Sequence record: MW812342.1
Reading direction: 5' to 3' (one strand)
Length of the DNA: 64,000 bases
Shown piece after piece: positions 46,875 to 56,297 of the stretch. The notes under the pieces were generated by a model. It did not search any database. It was not told the DNA's origin and was given only the letters and a program-made list of their open reading frames with translations. How positions within the stretch are numbered: the stretch's first letter is position 1; every line of letters begins with the position of its first letter. Both the position numbers and the translations under genes were made by a program.

Positions 46875-47375
46875 ATGGCCAAAATGACTTCTGTTAAAGA
46901 CCTGATCGCAGACCTGAACGCTGGCGCTAAAACTGAGCTGGTAGAACGTCGCCTGACCGAAGAGTCCGTTACCAATCTGGTGCGTGGCTTCGAAGCGATG
47001 GCACCGTCTATCAAAGTCACCCCGAACGAAAAGGGTGAGCACAAACTGACTATCGCGGACATGGACACCATGGACCAGTACCGCGCCAACTTCCACGAAG
47101 CGTTCGGTAGCATCACCAAAGACCTGATCGGTGAAGAAGCGCGTAAAGACCCGGAACTGGGTGCGATGGAAGTGACGCTGGATATCGGTAAGACCACCTT
47201 CTCCACTGCGTTCGCCCGCCCCACCGGTGACAACCCTTCTCAGAAAGAGTGGGCTGCCGCTATCGGCTTCGGCTACAGCACCGTCAAGAACAAGTCTCTC
47301 GAAGGCGCGCTGCGTCGTGACTTCGCCAAGGGCTTCCTCGAGGTTGAAGAGGAAGAAGAGGAAGACGAAGAGTAA
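46875..47375 (+). CDS. Conserved, probably abundant protein with acidic C-terminal tail
   Basis: 166 aa with strong optimal-codon bias; ends EVEEEEEEDEE. Confidence 0.8.
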   Translation: MAKMTSVKDLIADLNAGAKTELVERRLTEESVTNLVRGFEAMAPSIKVTPNEKGEHKLTIADMDTMDQYRANFHEAFGSITKDLIGEEARKDPELGAMEVTLDIGKTTFSTAFARPTGDNPSQKEWAAAIGFGYSTVKNKSLEGALRRDFAKGFLEVEEEEEEDEE

Positions 47376-47548
47376 TGGTCAAGATAGTCATCGACCATCA
47401 CCCTGACGTTATTCCGTTCACGGCGTTTCGAAAGGACGGCACGATTGCACCACCCGAGCAGTTGGGTATGACAATCCGTGTTGTTCCTTCTCTAACGCCT
47501 AAACCTCTGGACGGGGTAGCAAAACTCTATCACCGGAAACGGCGATAG
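47375..47548 (+). CDS. 57-aa small protein (below ORF-track cutoff)
   Basis: TAATG coupling; MVKIVIDHHPDVIPF...YHRKRR; followed by a terminator. Confidence 0.55.
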   Translation: MVKIVIDHHPDVIPFTAFRKDGTIAPPEQLGMTIRVVPSLTPKPLDGVAKLYHRKRR

Positions 47549-47561
47549 GGTTACAGAAGAG

Positions 47562-47591
47562 AGCTGTCTTATGACAGCTTTCTTTTTTTTT
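47562..47591 (+). terminator. Intrinsic terminator
   Basis: AGCTGTC-TTAT-GACAGCT plus T-tract. Confidence 0.85.
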
Positions 47592-47608
47592 GATCTTGAG
47601 AGAACATT

Positions 47609-48145
47609 ATGAACGAAATGATGAGTCCAATTACCAATGGGGCGCTACCGTGTACGTTGTCCCGTGAAGAAATCATTGCCCGTGTTGGTTTGCTGGCAGA
47701 AATCCACATTCGTGGTTTGCTCTCTTCTTTGACCTTACCCGAATTCACGGAGATTGCTGAGTACCCGGTCGAGATCATGACCTGCACCGCTAACGGTTAC
47801 CAGCGCTTCTTATCTGAAACCACCGCGACCATCATTCAGAAAACCGCTGGGTTCATTCTGCGTTACAAATCCGCGCTGGTCTATGAGCTGGGTGAGAATG
47901 TGATGAATGTGCTGGAAAAAGAGCACATCAAGCTGAACGGTTCTGACTTAGCCAAACTCGAAGGCGGTGACAAACACCTGTTGACCCTCTGGACGGTTGC
48001 TAACCCGACCCTGTCTGACGTTGCCCCTTCTTCGCGTTACGATGTCTTTGCCACCTTCTTGTTTATCAGCCATGTCAAGTGGTTGGTTATCCGACTGGAA
48101 GCAGAAGGTGAGAAACCGGCTGCCGTACCAGAACAGAAAAAATAA
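47609..48145 (+). CDS. Hypothetical protein
   Basis: 178-aa ORF ending at a bidirectional terminator. Confidence 0.7.
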   Translation: MNEMMSPITNGALPCTLSREEIIARVGLLAEIHIRGLLSSLTLPEFTEIAEYPVEIMTCTANGYQRFLSETTATIIQKTAGFILRYKSALVYELGENVMNVLEKEHIKLNGSDLAKLEGGDKHLLTLWTVANPTLSDVAPSSRYDVFATFLFISHVKWLVIRLEAEGEKPAAVPEQKK

Positions 48146-48190
48146 AAAGCCACCCACTCCCGAAGGAGTGGGTAAGCTTATCTTTTTTTG
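48140..48190. terminator. Bidirectional intrinsic terminator
   Basis: Variant of the 8589/25380 element: ACCCACTCC-CGAA-GGAGTGGGT with a compensatory T-A to C-G change. Confidence 0.85.
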
Positions 48191-48192
48191 CC

Positions 48193-49068
48193 TTAGGCCA
48201 GCTGGTTCGCTTTCTGTTCTTCGGAAACAGAGTTGAAACCACCCGCAGTCGCTTGGACATCCGGGTTGATACCATCGTACTGCTGAGACGGAGTCAGCCA
48301 CAGCTTACGCGTCATCGGACGCAGGCCGTAGAGCTTCATACGTTCCAGTTCAGACTGAGCGGCCTGCATCGGACCCCAACCCGTCCATTGCTGGCTGGTG
48401 AAGGTGATGGACAGTTCGTTCGTCTGAGGACCGGCGTTCGGATCACGCTCACCGGTATCCTGACCCGCAGTTTCAGGAATCATGTTGGTCAACCACCAAG
48501 CGTTCTGCGCTTTACGCTGATAGGCATCCGGCTCAATGTACAGCACAGTGAGGCTATACATATCCGGCAGGTGGTCTGGTACGTTCGGGTTGATTGCCAC
48601 AATACCCGGATGACCGGTTTGTGGGTCACAGATCCCGTAGACCAGCCACGCCGCCAGCATGTTCTGGAACACTTTACCGTACTTATCAGGACTGGTGTGG
48701 GTCACAGAGGACTGTGCTTCCGTTACCAGACCGGCTTCGTACTGAATACGGTTGTTACGACCCTGTTGGGTCTGAACCGCTTCGTGGCTCAGTGTTTTAT
48801 CCAGACCGGTGATGGTGGTGTGGACTTCGATGAAGGACTTAATAGCCTGACGCCACAGGGACGGGTTCGGCATGTAGTCCACCCAGCGCGGGAATTCCAT
48901 GACGCGCGCGATAACATTACGACGCAGGCGGTGGGCGTTCGTGACGAACTTACCGACCTGTCCGACCGGGCCGTTCTGGCCCGATGCGAATGGGTTAACC
49001 ATGTCGTAAGTACCACCGTCAAAGTGGAACCCCTGGTTGGGTTGAATCAAACGATCTTTGATAGCCAT
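48193..49068 (-). CDS. Tail tube protein (phiKZ gp30 / SPN3US gp255-like)
   Basis: 291 aa directly downstream of the sheath; DKYG..F, LYIEPD...K...AW..TNM.P..AG, SITFT motifs. Confidence 0.85.
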   Translation of the reverse strand: MAIKDRLIQPNQGFHFDGGTYDMVNPFASGQNGPVGQVGKFVTNAHRLRRNVIARVMEFPRWVDYMPNPSLWRQAIKSFIEVHTTITGLDKTLSHEAVQTQQGRNNRIQYEAGLVTEAQSSVTHTSPDKYGKVFQNMLAAWLVYGICDPQTGHPGIVAINPNVPDHLPDMYSLTVLYIEPDAYQRKAQNAWWLTNMIPETAGQDTGERDPNAGPQTNELSITFTSQQWTGWGPMQAAQSELERMKLYGLRPMTRKLWLTPSQQYDGINPDVQATAGGFNSVSEEQKANQLA

Positions 49069-49071
49069 TTA

Positions 49072-51114
49072 TCAGCTCTCCCGACGGTAGACTTTGATAG
49101 TGGTGTTGACCTGAGTCAGCAGCACGCCACCGTAAGCGAGCAGATCCAGCGTTACAGAGTAACCGTTCGATTTGTCTTCTGCGGTGAAGTACGCTTTCGG
49201 TACAATATCCGCGATACCGTCCAGACGACCTTCCAGCGCTTCGATAATCTTATCTTCCAGCATCTTCGCGCGTTCCGCATCAGTCATGCGGTCTTCACCC
49301 GACATTGCCGCCCACACACGGTCAGAGACACGGTAGACGTATGCCATGATGAAGTTGAACATCGCGTTGTTCAGGACAGATCGTTCTTCGTTGTAGATGG
49401 ACTGAATCGCCGGGATGAAGTCACGGTAGTAGTCGTAGCTACGCGCAGTGATCAGGGACACGTCCCAGTCAGAAGCGTACACGTCCATACCTTTCCACGG
49501 CATACTCAGGTCAGTCAGGTCGGTGATAATGGTGAGTTCGCCGCGCCCGAAACGTTTCTCCGGTTTAGCGTAACCATTGCCTGCACCCAGATACTGCGAG
49601 AACATGTTCGCCAGGGTGTAGTTCATCGGCACCGGCTTCTTGTAAGAGGAGCCGCGGATGAATGCAGATTGACCGGTGACCATACCACGCGCTGCTGGGG
49701 TACCGTATTTCACGGACTCCGGCACGGAGGTGATCATCTCAATCAGGGCCACCTTCGCACTCTCCTCCGTTTGGAGGTCATTGCGGCCTTCGTTATAAAC
49801 GTGGGTCGCCAGAGTGAGGAAGGTATTGCGTGACTTACCGATAAAGTTCACACAAGCCGATTTGGTGTCGAAGCTGAAACCGGAGTCCCAGAAACAACCC
49901 AGTGAGTATTTCAGTTCGTTGTCGTAACGAACTTGGCCACGGTCGGGGAACAGCAGCATTTCGCGACGAACGAGTTCATCGAATGCGTCGTTACCCATCG
50001 TGCCATCGGAGCCGCCTTGCAGGAAGTGAATGTTGCTGCTGCCGAAGACCGCTTTACCGGTTTCCGTTGCAGGGTTCACTTGCAGACCGTCGTACGGCTG
50101 ACCGATCAGATCCAGACCACCGAAGATATCGATGAGATATTTGTCGGTAGGCGCGTTGATCATGCTACCCGCAGCCAGGTCGAGCACGGCTTCAAGTTGG
50201 TCATGATAAACGTGGAACGTTTTGAACGGACCGTAGTTTGGCAGCTCGCCAACATCCGGGCTAACCTTACGGTAAGCATCGGCAACAACCACTTCGAAGT
50301 CCAGCTGCGTTCTCATCGGCTGATAGTATGCGTCAGGTAAGAAACTGAAGTTCACACTTGACATACTGTTCAGGGTCTTCCAGATAACCGCAGACGAGAC
50401 ACCCGCCAGCGTTTCAAACCACTGGAGGTTGTAAACACGTCCACCGACTTTCGTCTGGTAGGCCGAACCCAGTGCCGGAGAGGATTTCTCACTCAACGGT
50501 ACCAGTTTGAAACCGAAGCCGTTCGCATCTGCACCCGCGTAAGGCGCTTCGATATCGAACAGTGGGTACATCTTCGACTTCGCGCCGCCGTCACCGGTCA
50601 GCGTACCGTCGATAGGTACCGCAGCGCCGATGGCTGGAGAGTTGCTGTCGATCACCACGCTGCGCAGCACGATGAGCAGGCCATCAACCTGTGTCTCGAT
50701 CTTCGCTTTGCCGGTGTTATCGTACTGGACGGTACCGCCAGCATCACGCACATACTTCGGCACTTTCGTGGCAAGTACGTCAGCGTAGAAGCGGATGGTC
50801 GCCGTCTTCGCGTCGTCAGGGATAAGACGCTGATACATCCCCTCGTTGGCGTTGGCATTGAACATCGCCTGGTACGGTGTATTGAACGTCGCGTATGGGC
50901 CGCGGAGATCGAAGATGCCTCGGCCCATTAAGTCGAGGGCGTTGTCGCCACTCAACGGGAACGCTTCGTCACCAACGCCGCGTGCGCCAAAGGTGAAGAT
51001 CAGCGGCTTATGAATCGGGTCACCCGTAGGTGCCCTCACAAGGGCGGGTACGGAATTGTCTTCCATCCCTTCCTTGTAGTTCACGGGCGCGCCGTTACGT
51101 GGAATATAGCTCAT
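49072..51114 (-). CDS. Tail sheath protein (phiKZ gp29 / SPN3US gp256-like)
   Basis: 680 aa; LQGGSDGTM, FWDSGFS..TK, PESVKYGTPAARG motifs; precedes the tube gene. Confidence 0.9.
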   Translation of the reverse strand: MSYIPRNGAPVNYKEGMEDNSVPALVRAPTGDPIHKPLIFTFGARGVGDEAFPLSGDNALDLMGRGIFDLRGPYATFNTPYQAMFNANANEGMYQRLIPDDAKTATIRFYADVLATKVPKYVRDAGGTVQYDNTGKAKIETQVDGLLIVLRSVVIDSNSPAIGAAVPIDGTLTGDGGAKSKMYPLFDIEAPYAGADANGFGFKLVPLSEKSSPALGSAYQTKVGGRVYNLQWFETLAGVSSAVIWKTLNSMSSVNFSFLPDAYYQPMRTQLDFEVVVADAYRKVSPDVGELPNYGPFKTFHVYHDQLEAVLDLAAGSMINAPTDKYLIDIFGGLDLIGQPYDGLQVNPATETGKAVFGSSNIHFLQGGSDGTMGNDAFDELVRREMLLFPDRGQVRYDNELKYSLGCFWDSGFSFDTKSACVNFIGKSRNTFLTLATHVYNEGRNDLQTEESAKVALIEMITSVPESVKYGTPAARGMVTGQSAFIRGSSYKKPVPMNYTLANMFSQYLGAGNGYAKPEKRFGRGELTIITDLTDLSMPWKGMDVYASDWDVSLITARSYDYYRDFIPAIQSIYNEERSVLNNAMFNFIMAYVYRVSDRVWAAMSGEDRMTDAERAKMLEDKIIEALEGRLDGIADIVPKAYFTAEDKSNGYSVTLDLLAYGGVLLTQVNTTIKVYRRES

Positions 51115-51172
51115 GGAACATCTCCATAAATTCGTCTTTTAAGACCAAACGGTCATACTAAGGTATCAACTC

Positions 51173-52081
51173 ATGGCACTTGAAAACGCTTACACAGGCA
51201 ACGTCTTCCGTAGCTTTGACCTGAATTCACTCGCGGCCAGCATTGAACTGGCACGTAAACTCAACCAAACTGTCGCGCAATCTGACGAGGTTCACTACGT
51301 TGTTGAGACAGCCGATGTAAAATCGTTTCCTTTACCGATTGTTATCGGCGACGACGTGTATGTAGATGCACGCACGTTTACCTCATTGGACAGAAACAAT
51401 GAGCTAAAAATTCGAAACCCAATCGAACACGCATTGCGTCTCGATCAGGCTCGTTGGGAATTAGTGTGGAAACGAAACAATAGTCGGCTCGGTGCTTTGA
51501 TGGCACAGCTTCCATACCACCATGAGATTTATAGCAAATGGGTAGGCGATGCGATTACACATGCTTACGCACTCACTCCATATCAAAGCGGGCAAATCCG
51601 TGCGGCCGCCGCTTTATTCTCCGTGGGTCAGTTCTACAACAACTTCGAAGACGAGATGAAGATGCTGCGTTTGCAGCAGGAATTGTCCCGTCAACTGGGT
51701 ACGCCATTCGAGATGTTCGAGGCCATCAGCGGTCACACTGACTACCTCTTCCCGCGCAATGTCGAAGAGTTCGTGGAGATGGTGAAGTTGGCTGATATCA
51801 CCCCACGTCTGAACGACTTTAGCGTGCTGGCATTACAGCAAATGCTGAACACCAGTTTCTTCGGGGTTAGCTATGAGAAGCAACTGTGTACCAGCGCGCT
51901 GGAATACCCGCCTTCTTTGCTGGTCATGATTCGCGCCTCACTCGAGAACAACATGTTTAACCGTTCACGTCTGGGTGGCACGATTAAGAAGTCGGACACC
52001 GCGAAGAAGAAAGACAAGTTCTTGTTCACGTACGAACTCATCATGAACCAGAACACCAAACCCACTAACATCAAAGGTTAA
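51173..52081 (+). CDS. Conserved virion protein (phiKZ gp28 / SPN3US gp257-like)
   Basis: 302 aa divergent from the sheath; ALEYPP...M motif; recalled synteny. Confidence 0.65.
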   Translation: MALENAYTGNVFRSFDLNSLAASIELARKLNQTVAQSDEVHYVVETADVKSFPLPIVIGDDVYVDARTFTSLDRNNELKIRNPIEHALRLDQARWELVWKRNNSRLGALMAQLPYHHEIYSKWVGDAITHAYALTPYQSGQIRAAAALFSVGQFYNNFEDEMKMLRLQQELSRQLGTPFEMFEAISGHTDYLFPRNVEEFVEMVKLADITPRLNDFSVLALQQMLNTSFFGVSYEKQLCTSALEYPPSLLVMIRASLENNMFNRSRLGGTIKKSDTAKKKDKFLFTYELIMNQNTKPTNIKG

Positions 52082-52092
52082 GAGGTTCCATT

Positions 52093-54618
52093 ATGGAGAA
52101 CTGGCTGGTCGCCCACGCGGTTGACAACGCTTGGCAGCGTCCGAACCTTGATCGGGCACTGATTATTGAACCGTATCGTATCACGCCAAAAACCGGCGCG
52201 ACCGGCTTTGTCCGTAACGGGCCTGTGTCTGTATCTTTACCTGACACAGGTTGGTGGCACGCATACGTGGTGGATAAACTCCACATGAACTGGGGGAACC
52301 TCAATATTCCCCCGAACCGTTGGAAACGGGTATCCGCTTGTGTGAATGCGTTCAGTACCTTCATGCAGCTGTACAACGAGAACGGCAGAACCTTCCCGGT
52401 GACCAACGCCTTTGTGATGCGTCGTGATACCGGGGAAATCCTGCTGGCGATTCCGCAGACCGAACGCTACAAGTGGTTGGACACCGACGACATCTACTGG
52501 CGCATCTTCCCCGGCTACACCGGGACGATTGTCGCGAATCAAGTACACCCGACATTTGTCGAGTTCTTTGAAACGCCGAATGCCAACAAAATCAAAGATG
52601 CGGTAGACCGCTATAACACACTGGTCGGGCAGAACAACGGCTATGTGAGTTTCTGGGTCAACGGTTCATTGGTTATCAATCCAACCCCGGCGGACATTTC
52701 GACTTGGGATGATGTTGAGATTGTGGTAGACGGTCGTGGGATTCGTGTGGTTGATTTCCGTTGTGGTGATTTGCCGACTTTCCAGTCAACGCTGGATGGG
52801 AAACGTAAATACCTGCTGCACTTCCCGAAAACGGCAGACATGGTGTGGATTTTCAACAATGACGTTGAGATTCAAATCCTGAATGGTCGTGAGGGTCGTT
52901 ACTACCATCGTCACCGTCATCTGGCAATTCGTCAGGTTACCTTCAACGACATTAGCATCCCGACGGATCGGTTAAGCCAACTGCGTAATGCGTTCAGTAA
53001 ACCGATTACCGATTTGGATGATGTGATTATCCGTGTGGTTATCCGCGAAGACTACCTTGCAATGGCTCCGTTGTTCAACGCCAGTCACATTCATGACCTG
53101 TACAAGATGCCTGACAGTGACATCATTGCTGCGATGGTGGGGGCAAACGCCACTGTGCCGGAGTGGACAGCGAAGGTGTTGGAAGATGCCGCCTTCAACA
53201 AGGTTGCTGCCGCGAAGATGTCCAACATCACCCGCGATTTGGCTACCGCAGCGTACGGGTATAATGCAGTAACGCGCTATGCTGCCGATACGCCGCAGAA
53301 GCTGGTGTTGGACAATGGGAAATGGACAACCACGTTACCCGACCTGTTGGCCACACGTTCAGCGGTGTACGAATACGACGCGACTGGACAACTGCTCGGT
53401 TGTTATCCGAACCGCAACACAGCTGTCTACACGGCGAAGAACGCCACCGCACGCTACATCGAGGGGATTGCCGGTGATGTCGATACGGCGATGAACATCA
53501 CGGACAACGCGCCCGATTTCTCAATTGCAGAAGGGGAGAACGTTGCACTGTGGATTCGTAAGGTGGTCAGTGGGGTCGGTACCAACGAATACGCCGAAGC
53601 CGTAGAAGGGACGGACTACAAACGGGAAGGCAACGCCATCCGTTGGAACGTTGACCGTACCCGACGTTGGCCAACCGTGGTGCGTGACGACCGCCACTTG
53701 TTCTTCAGCCAGACCGTGAAGGTCAAAGAAGGGCAACTGCGTATCCCGATTCTGGGGCGTTCAAACAGTGAGGCGATTCGCACGCTGTGGACACCGATGG
53801 AAACGGTGGAGGTTTGGTTAAACAAACGCCCACTGGTCTTTGGGATTGACTATGTCGTTGTCTGGCCAGAGATTGTGATTGTTTGTAAGGTCTGGGCCAG
53901 TGATACCGACGAAAACGTGGTCGATGTTCGTGCGCGTGGCGTGACCGGTAAACTGCATGTGCCGAAGACCGGGTTTGTCTCCAGCGGACTGCTGTCTAAC
54001 AACAGTCACTTCGACGTGCGTGATGACAAAGTCATTCGTATCGTGGCCGGGGGTCGCATCCTGACCCGCAACGAAGTGGTCTTCCGTGAAGACAACACGG
54101 TGGGTACCGATATCGTGCCGGATGGCTTCCCCTTCTCAGTGGATGACCCGACTGTACCGCTGCGGACACTCATCTCTGGGGACACGTACGCGCTACGTGA
54201 CGTAGCGCGCGACATTGATGCGCGTACAGAGGATTATCTGTCGGCTTGGTATCCAACCCCGCCACCGGTCAATCCGGTACCGTTGAAAAGCTGGTATCAT
54301 CTCTACAGTCCACTGTTGAACAAAGTGCTGTGGGATTACAAGCAAGGGTACCTCCATTTGGTAGAAGACGATCCTGAATATCGGATTTCGACTTCACAGC
54401 TGGACATCGTCATGGAGGGTTATCTTGACCTGCTGAACTTTGACCCGGCATTCATTGGCTACGATAAAGCCTTTGTGCGTGTGCATCCGCATTCGCAATA
54501 CCAGGTTGTAGAGGTTGATGAATTGGGCTTTGCTTTCATGGACCGTGTGAATCAACGGTATCTGAAAGGTGAGGTGCAACTTAACCAGTATCTGAAAATC
54601 AAAGGTTCTAAAGCATGA
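52093..54618 (+). CDS. Baseplate/tail virion protein (phiKZ gp27 / SPN3US gp258-like)
   Basis: 841 aa; N-terminal LV.HA..N.W..P..DR; recalled synteny. Confidence 0.7.
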   Translation: MENWLVAHAVDNAWQRPNLDRALIIEPYRITPKTGATGFVRNGPVSVSLPDTGWWHAYVVDKLHMNWGNLNIPPNRWKRVSACVNAFSTFMQLYNENGRTFPVTNAFVMRRDTGEILLAIPQTERYKWLDTDDIYWRIFPGYTGTIVANQVHPTFVEFFETPNANKIKDAVDRYNTLVGQNNGYVSFWVNGSLVINPTPADISTWDDVEIVVDGRGIRVVDFRCGDLPTFQSTLDGKRKYLLHFPKTADMVWIFNNDVEIQILNGREGRYYHRHRHLAIRQVTFNDISIPTDRLSQLRNAFSKPITDLDDVIIRVVIREDYLAMAPLFNASHIHDLYKMPDSDIIAAMVGANATVPEWTAKVLEDAAFNKVAAAKMSNITRDLATAAYGYNAVTRYAADTPQKLVLDNGKWTTTLPDLLATRSAVYEYDATGQLLGCYPNRNTAVYTAKNATARYIEGIAGDVDTAMNITDNAPDFSIAEGENVALWIRKVVSGVGTNEYAEAVEGTDYKREGNAIRWNVDRTRRWPTVVRDDRHLFFSQTVKVKEGQLRIPILGRSNSEAIRTLWTPMETVEVWLNKRPLVFGIDYVVVWPEIVIVCKVWASDTDENVVDVRARGVTGKLHVPKTGFVSSGLLSNNSHFDVRDDKVIRIVAGGRILTRNEVVFREDNTVGTDIVPDGFPFSVDDPTVPLRTLISGDTYALRDVARDIDARTEDYLSAWYPTPPPVNPVPLKSWYHLYSPLLNKVLWDYKQGYLHLVEDDPEYRISTSQLDIVMEGYLDLLNFDPAFIGYDKAFVRVHPHSQYQVVEVDELGFAFMDRVNQRYLKGEVQLNQYLKIKGSKA

Positions 54619-56255
54619 CCACTTTATTGACTGATCTTATCGACAAAGACCGCGGCTTTCGCGTCTGGGGGGAACACGACCTCTATGACGAGAAGACAGG
54701 CACCGGCTTTGTCCCCAATCCAAAAGACTGGATTGTTCACGACGACAACATTGTTGAACGTGTCTTAACGGTGAACTACGCGACCCCGTCTTGGACGGTG
54801 GAAGTGATAAACGCCATTCCGGTGAAGAACACGGACAAGATTAACGGTGGGCACTACCCCCTCCGTTCTGACAAGTACCGCATCTACTTTGACACCACGA
54901 AGAACCCTGCGACGATGGTGGTGGATAACAACATCACCTTCAACGGGCCGGATGTGGACGGGATTCGTATCTTCCGCGGGACGGACATTTCGGACAACGG
55001 GGAGATTTTGTCGGGCTTCTACAAAAACGGACGCCTTGACAAGAACTACCTGCCGATGCAGACCATCTCCAAAGACGGTGTCGATACCGTGGTCAAATCA
55101 CCACTGCCGGGGAGCCTGTTAGCGCCGGTGGAACACGGTGAGTCGTTTAGCTACGTCGTCTATGCTGACTCTGGGGATATCATCGAAATCGGTACCGGGT
55201 ACTTCATCAAGACTAATCTCGTCATGCCGCAAGACACGGCGAGTCGTCAGGTGCTCGATATCAAATTGGTGTCGCCTTTCATCGTGGATGACAACGGTAC
55301 GGTGCTGACGTTGCCGATTAACATCCCGCTGGATTCTATCCCGCTGTCGGTTGTGGTGAAATATTCCGACGGTGAGAAGAAGATGAACATCGACGGTTCG
55401 CGTGTCATTCTGAACGGGATTCGTAACGCCGGTTCCCACGACACGTATTACCTTTCCACCAACGCCGGTAATGAGCTGCCACTGACGCTCAGCTACCTGT
55501 TGGCCAAAGGAGAAACGTACCTTGGGGAAAACCTCATCAACGGGACAATCTTCAAAGATTACACCGCGGTGACGGAAACGGTGGATGGGGCGTACTCGAT
55601 GAAACTGTTTGTGGTGCCGAAGTGGCTCAACGCCAACCAAGGTTATCGCCTCCAGTATTACCTGTACAACCTGACCCGTGGTCAAGTTTACGACGCGACA
55701 GCAGCGTGTACGTTGACGGGCGGTCAAGCGTTTGACCCGATGCTGTACGGGGTTAAACAACGCCTGAATGTCCAATGTGATATTTCCAAAGTGGATGCGA
55801 AGTTCCGTGCGTTTATTCAGGCACAGTCCTTCTCCATCACGCTGGTCAATCCGGGTACAGAACTGAACACCAACTACTTCATCGAGTATCTGCCTGATGG
55901 GCTGAAATACGGTGAAGGGATTTGGGCTACGTTCAAATACTCGAACGTCAACTACTCGGAAATCGACGTGCGTTGTGGTAAAGCGACGAAGGCTGAATGG
56001 CTGGCTGCGCTCTACGACCCATCATACCCGCTGTACGATCGCCGTAACGAATCTGGCCCGCTGGAGCCGACCCACTTCGAAATCCACGTCGGTGGGCAGG
56101 TGGTGACCGCGGCGGTGGACGACTGGATGAGTGCCAAGGTGGTGAACTACAAAGTGGGACTCGACGATACACTGGTGATTCGCTGGTTACGTCGTACTCC
56201 GACGGACACCCTGCAACTCGCTTGCTCACCGATGTTGGCGCACAACATCAGCTAA
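54615..56255 (+). CDS. Baseplate/tail virion protein (phiKZ gp26 / SPN3US gp259-like)
   Basis: 546 aa beta-rich protein immediately upstream of terminase. Confidence 0.7.
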   Translation: MTTLLTDLIDKDRGFRVWGEHDLYDEKTGTGFVPNPKDWIVHDDNIVERVLTVNYATPSWTVEVINAIPVKNTDKINGGHYPLRSDKYRIYFDTTKNPATMVVDNNITFNGPDVDGIRIFRGTDISDNGEILSGFYKNGRLDKNYLPMQTISKDGVDTVVKSPLPGSLLAPVEHGESFSYVVYADSGDIIEIGTGYFIKTNLVMPQDTASRQVLDIKLVSPFIVDDNGTVLTLPINIPLDSIPLSVVVKYSDGEKKMNIDGSRVILNGIRNAGSHDTYYLSTNAGNELPLTLSYLLAKGETYLGENLINGTIFKDYTAVTETVDGAYSMKLFVVPKWLNANQGYRLQYYLYNLTRGQVYDATAACTLTGGQAFDPMLYGVKQRLNVQCDISKVDAKFRAFIQAQSFSITLVNPGTELNTNYFIEYLPDGLKYGEGIWATFKYSNVNYSEIDVRCGKATKAEWLAALYDPSYPLYDRRNESGPLEPTHFEIHVGGQVVTAAVDDWMSAKVVNYKVGLDDTLVIRWLRRTPTDTLQLACSPMLAHNIS

Positions 56256-56259
56256 CACC

Positions 56260-56295
56260 TTCCTCCTCCCCGGCCGGGGAGGAGGCTAGGAGGAA
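56260..56295 (+). promoter_or_regulatory. Hairpin with anti-SD and tandem AGGAGG boxes ahead of terminase
   Basis: CCTCCTCCCC-GGCC-GGGGAGGAGG 10-bp stem; second AGGAGGAA at 56288-56295 is complementary to TTCCTCCT at 56260-56267. Confidence 0.55.
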
Positions 56296-56297
56296 CC

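Noticed and set aside
48253-49833. 526-aa plus-strand ORF
   Set aside because: Exact antisense shadow of the tail tube and sheath genes, spanning their junction. It has no RBS and an atypical R/V/H-rich composition, as expected from strong codon bias on the coding strand.
51154-51157. Isolated TATG late-promoter cores (for example minus strand at 51154-51157 and 9421-9424)
   Set aside because: Positions are plausible for sheath and virion genes, but a 4-mer alone is too common to support as a feature without TSS data.
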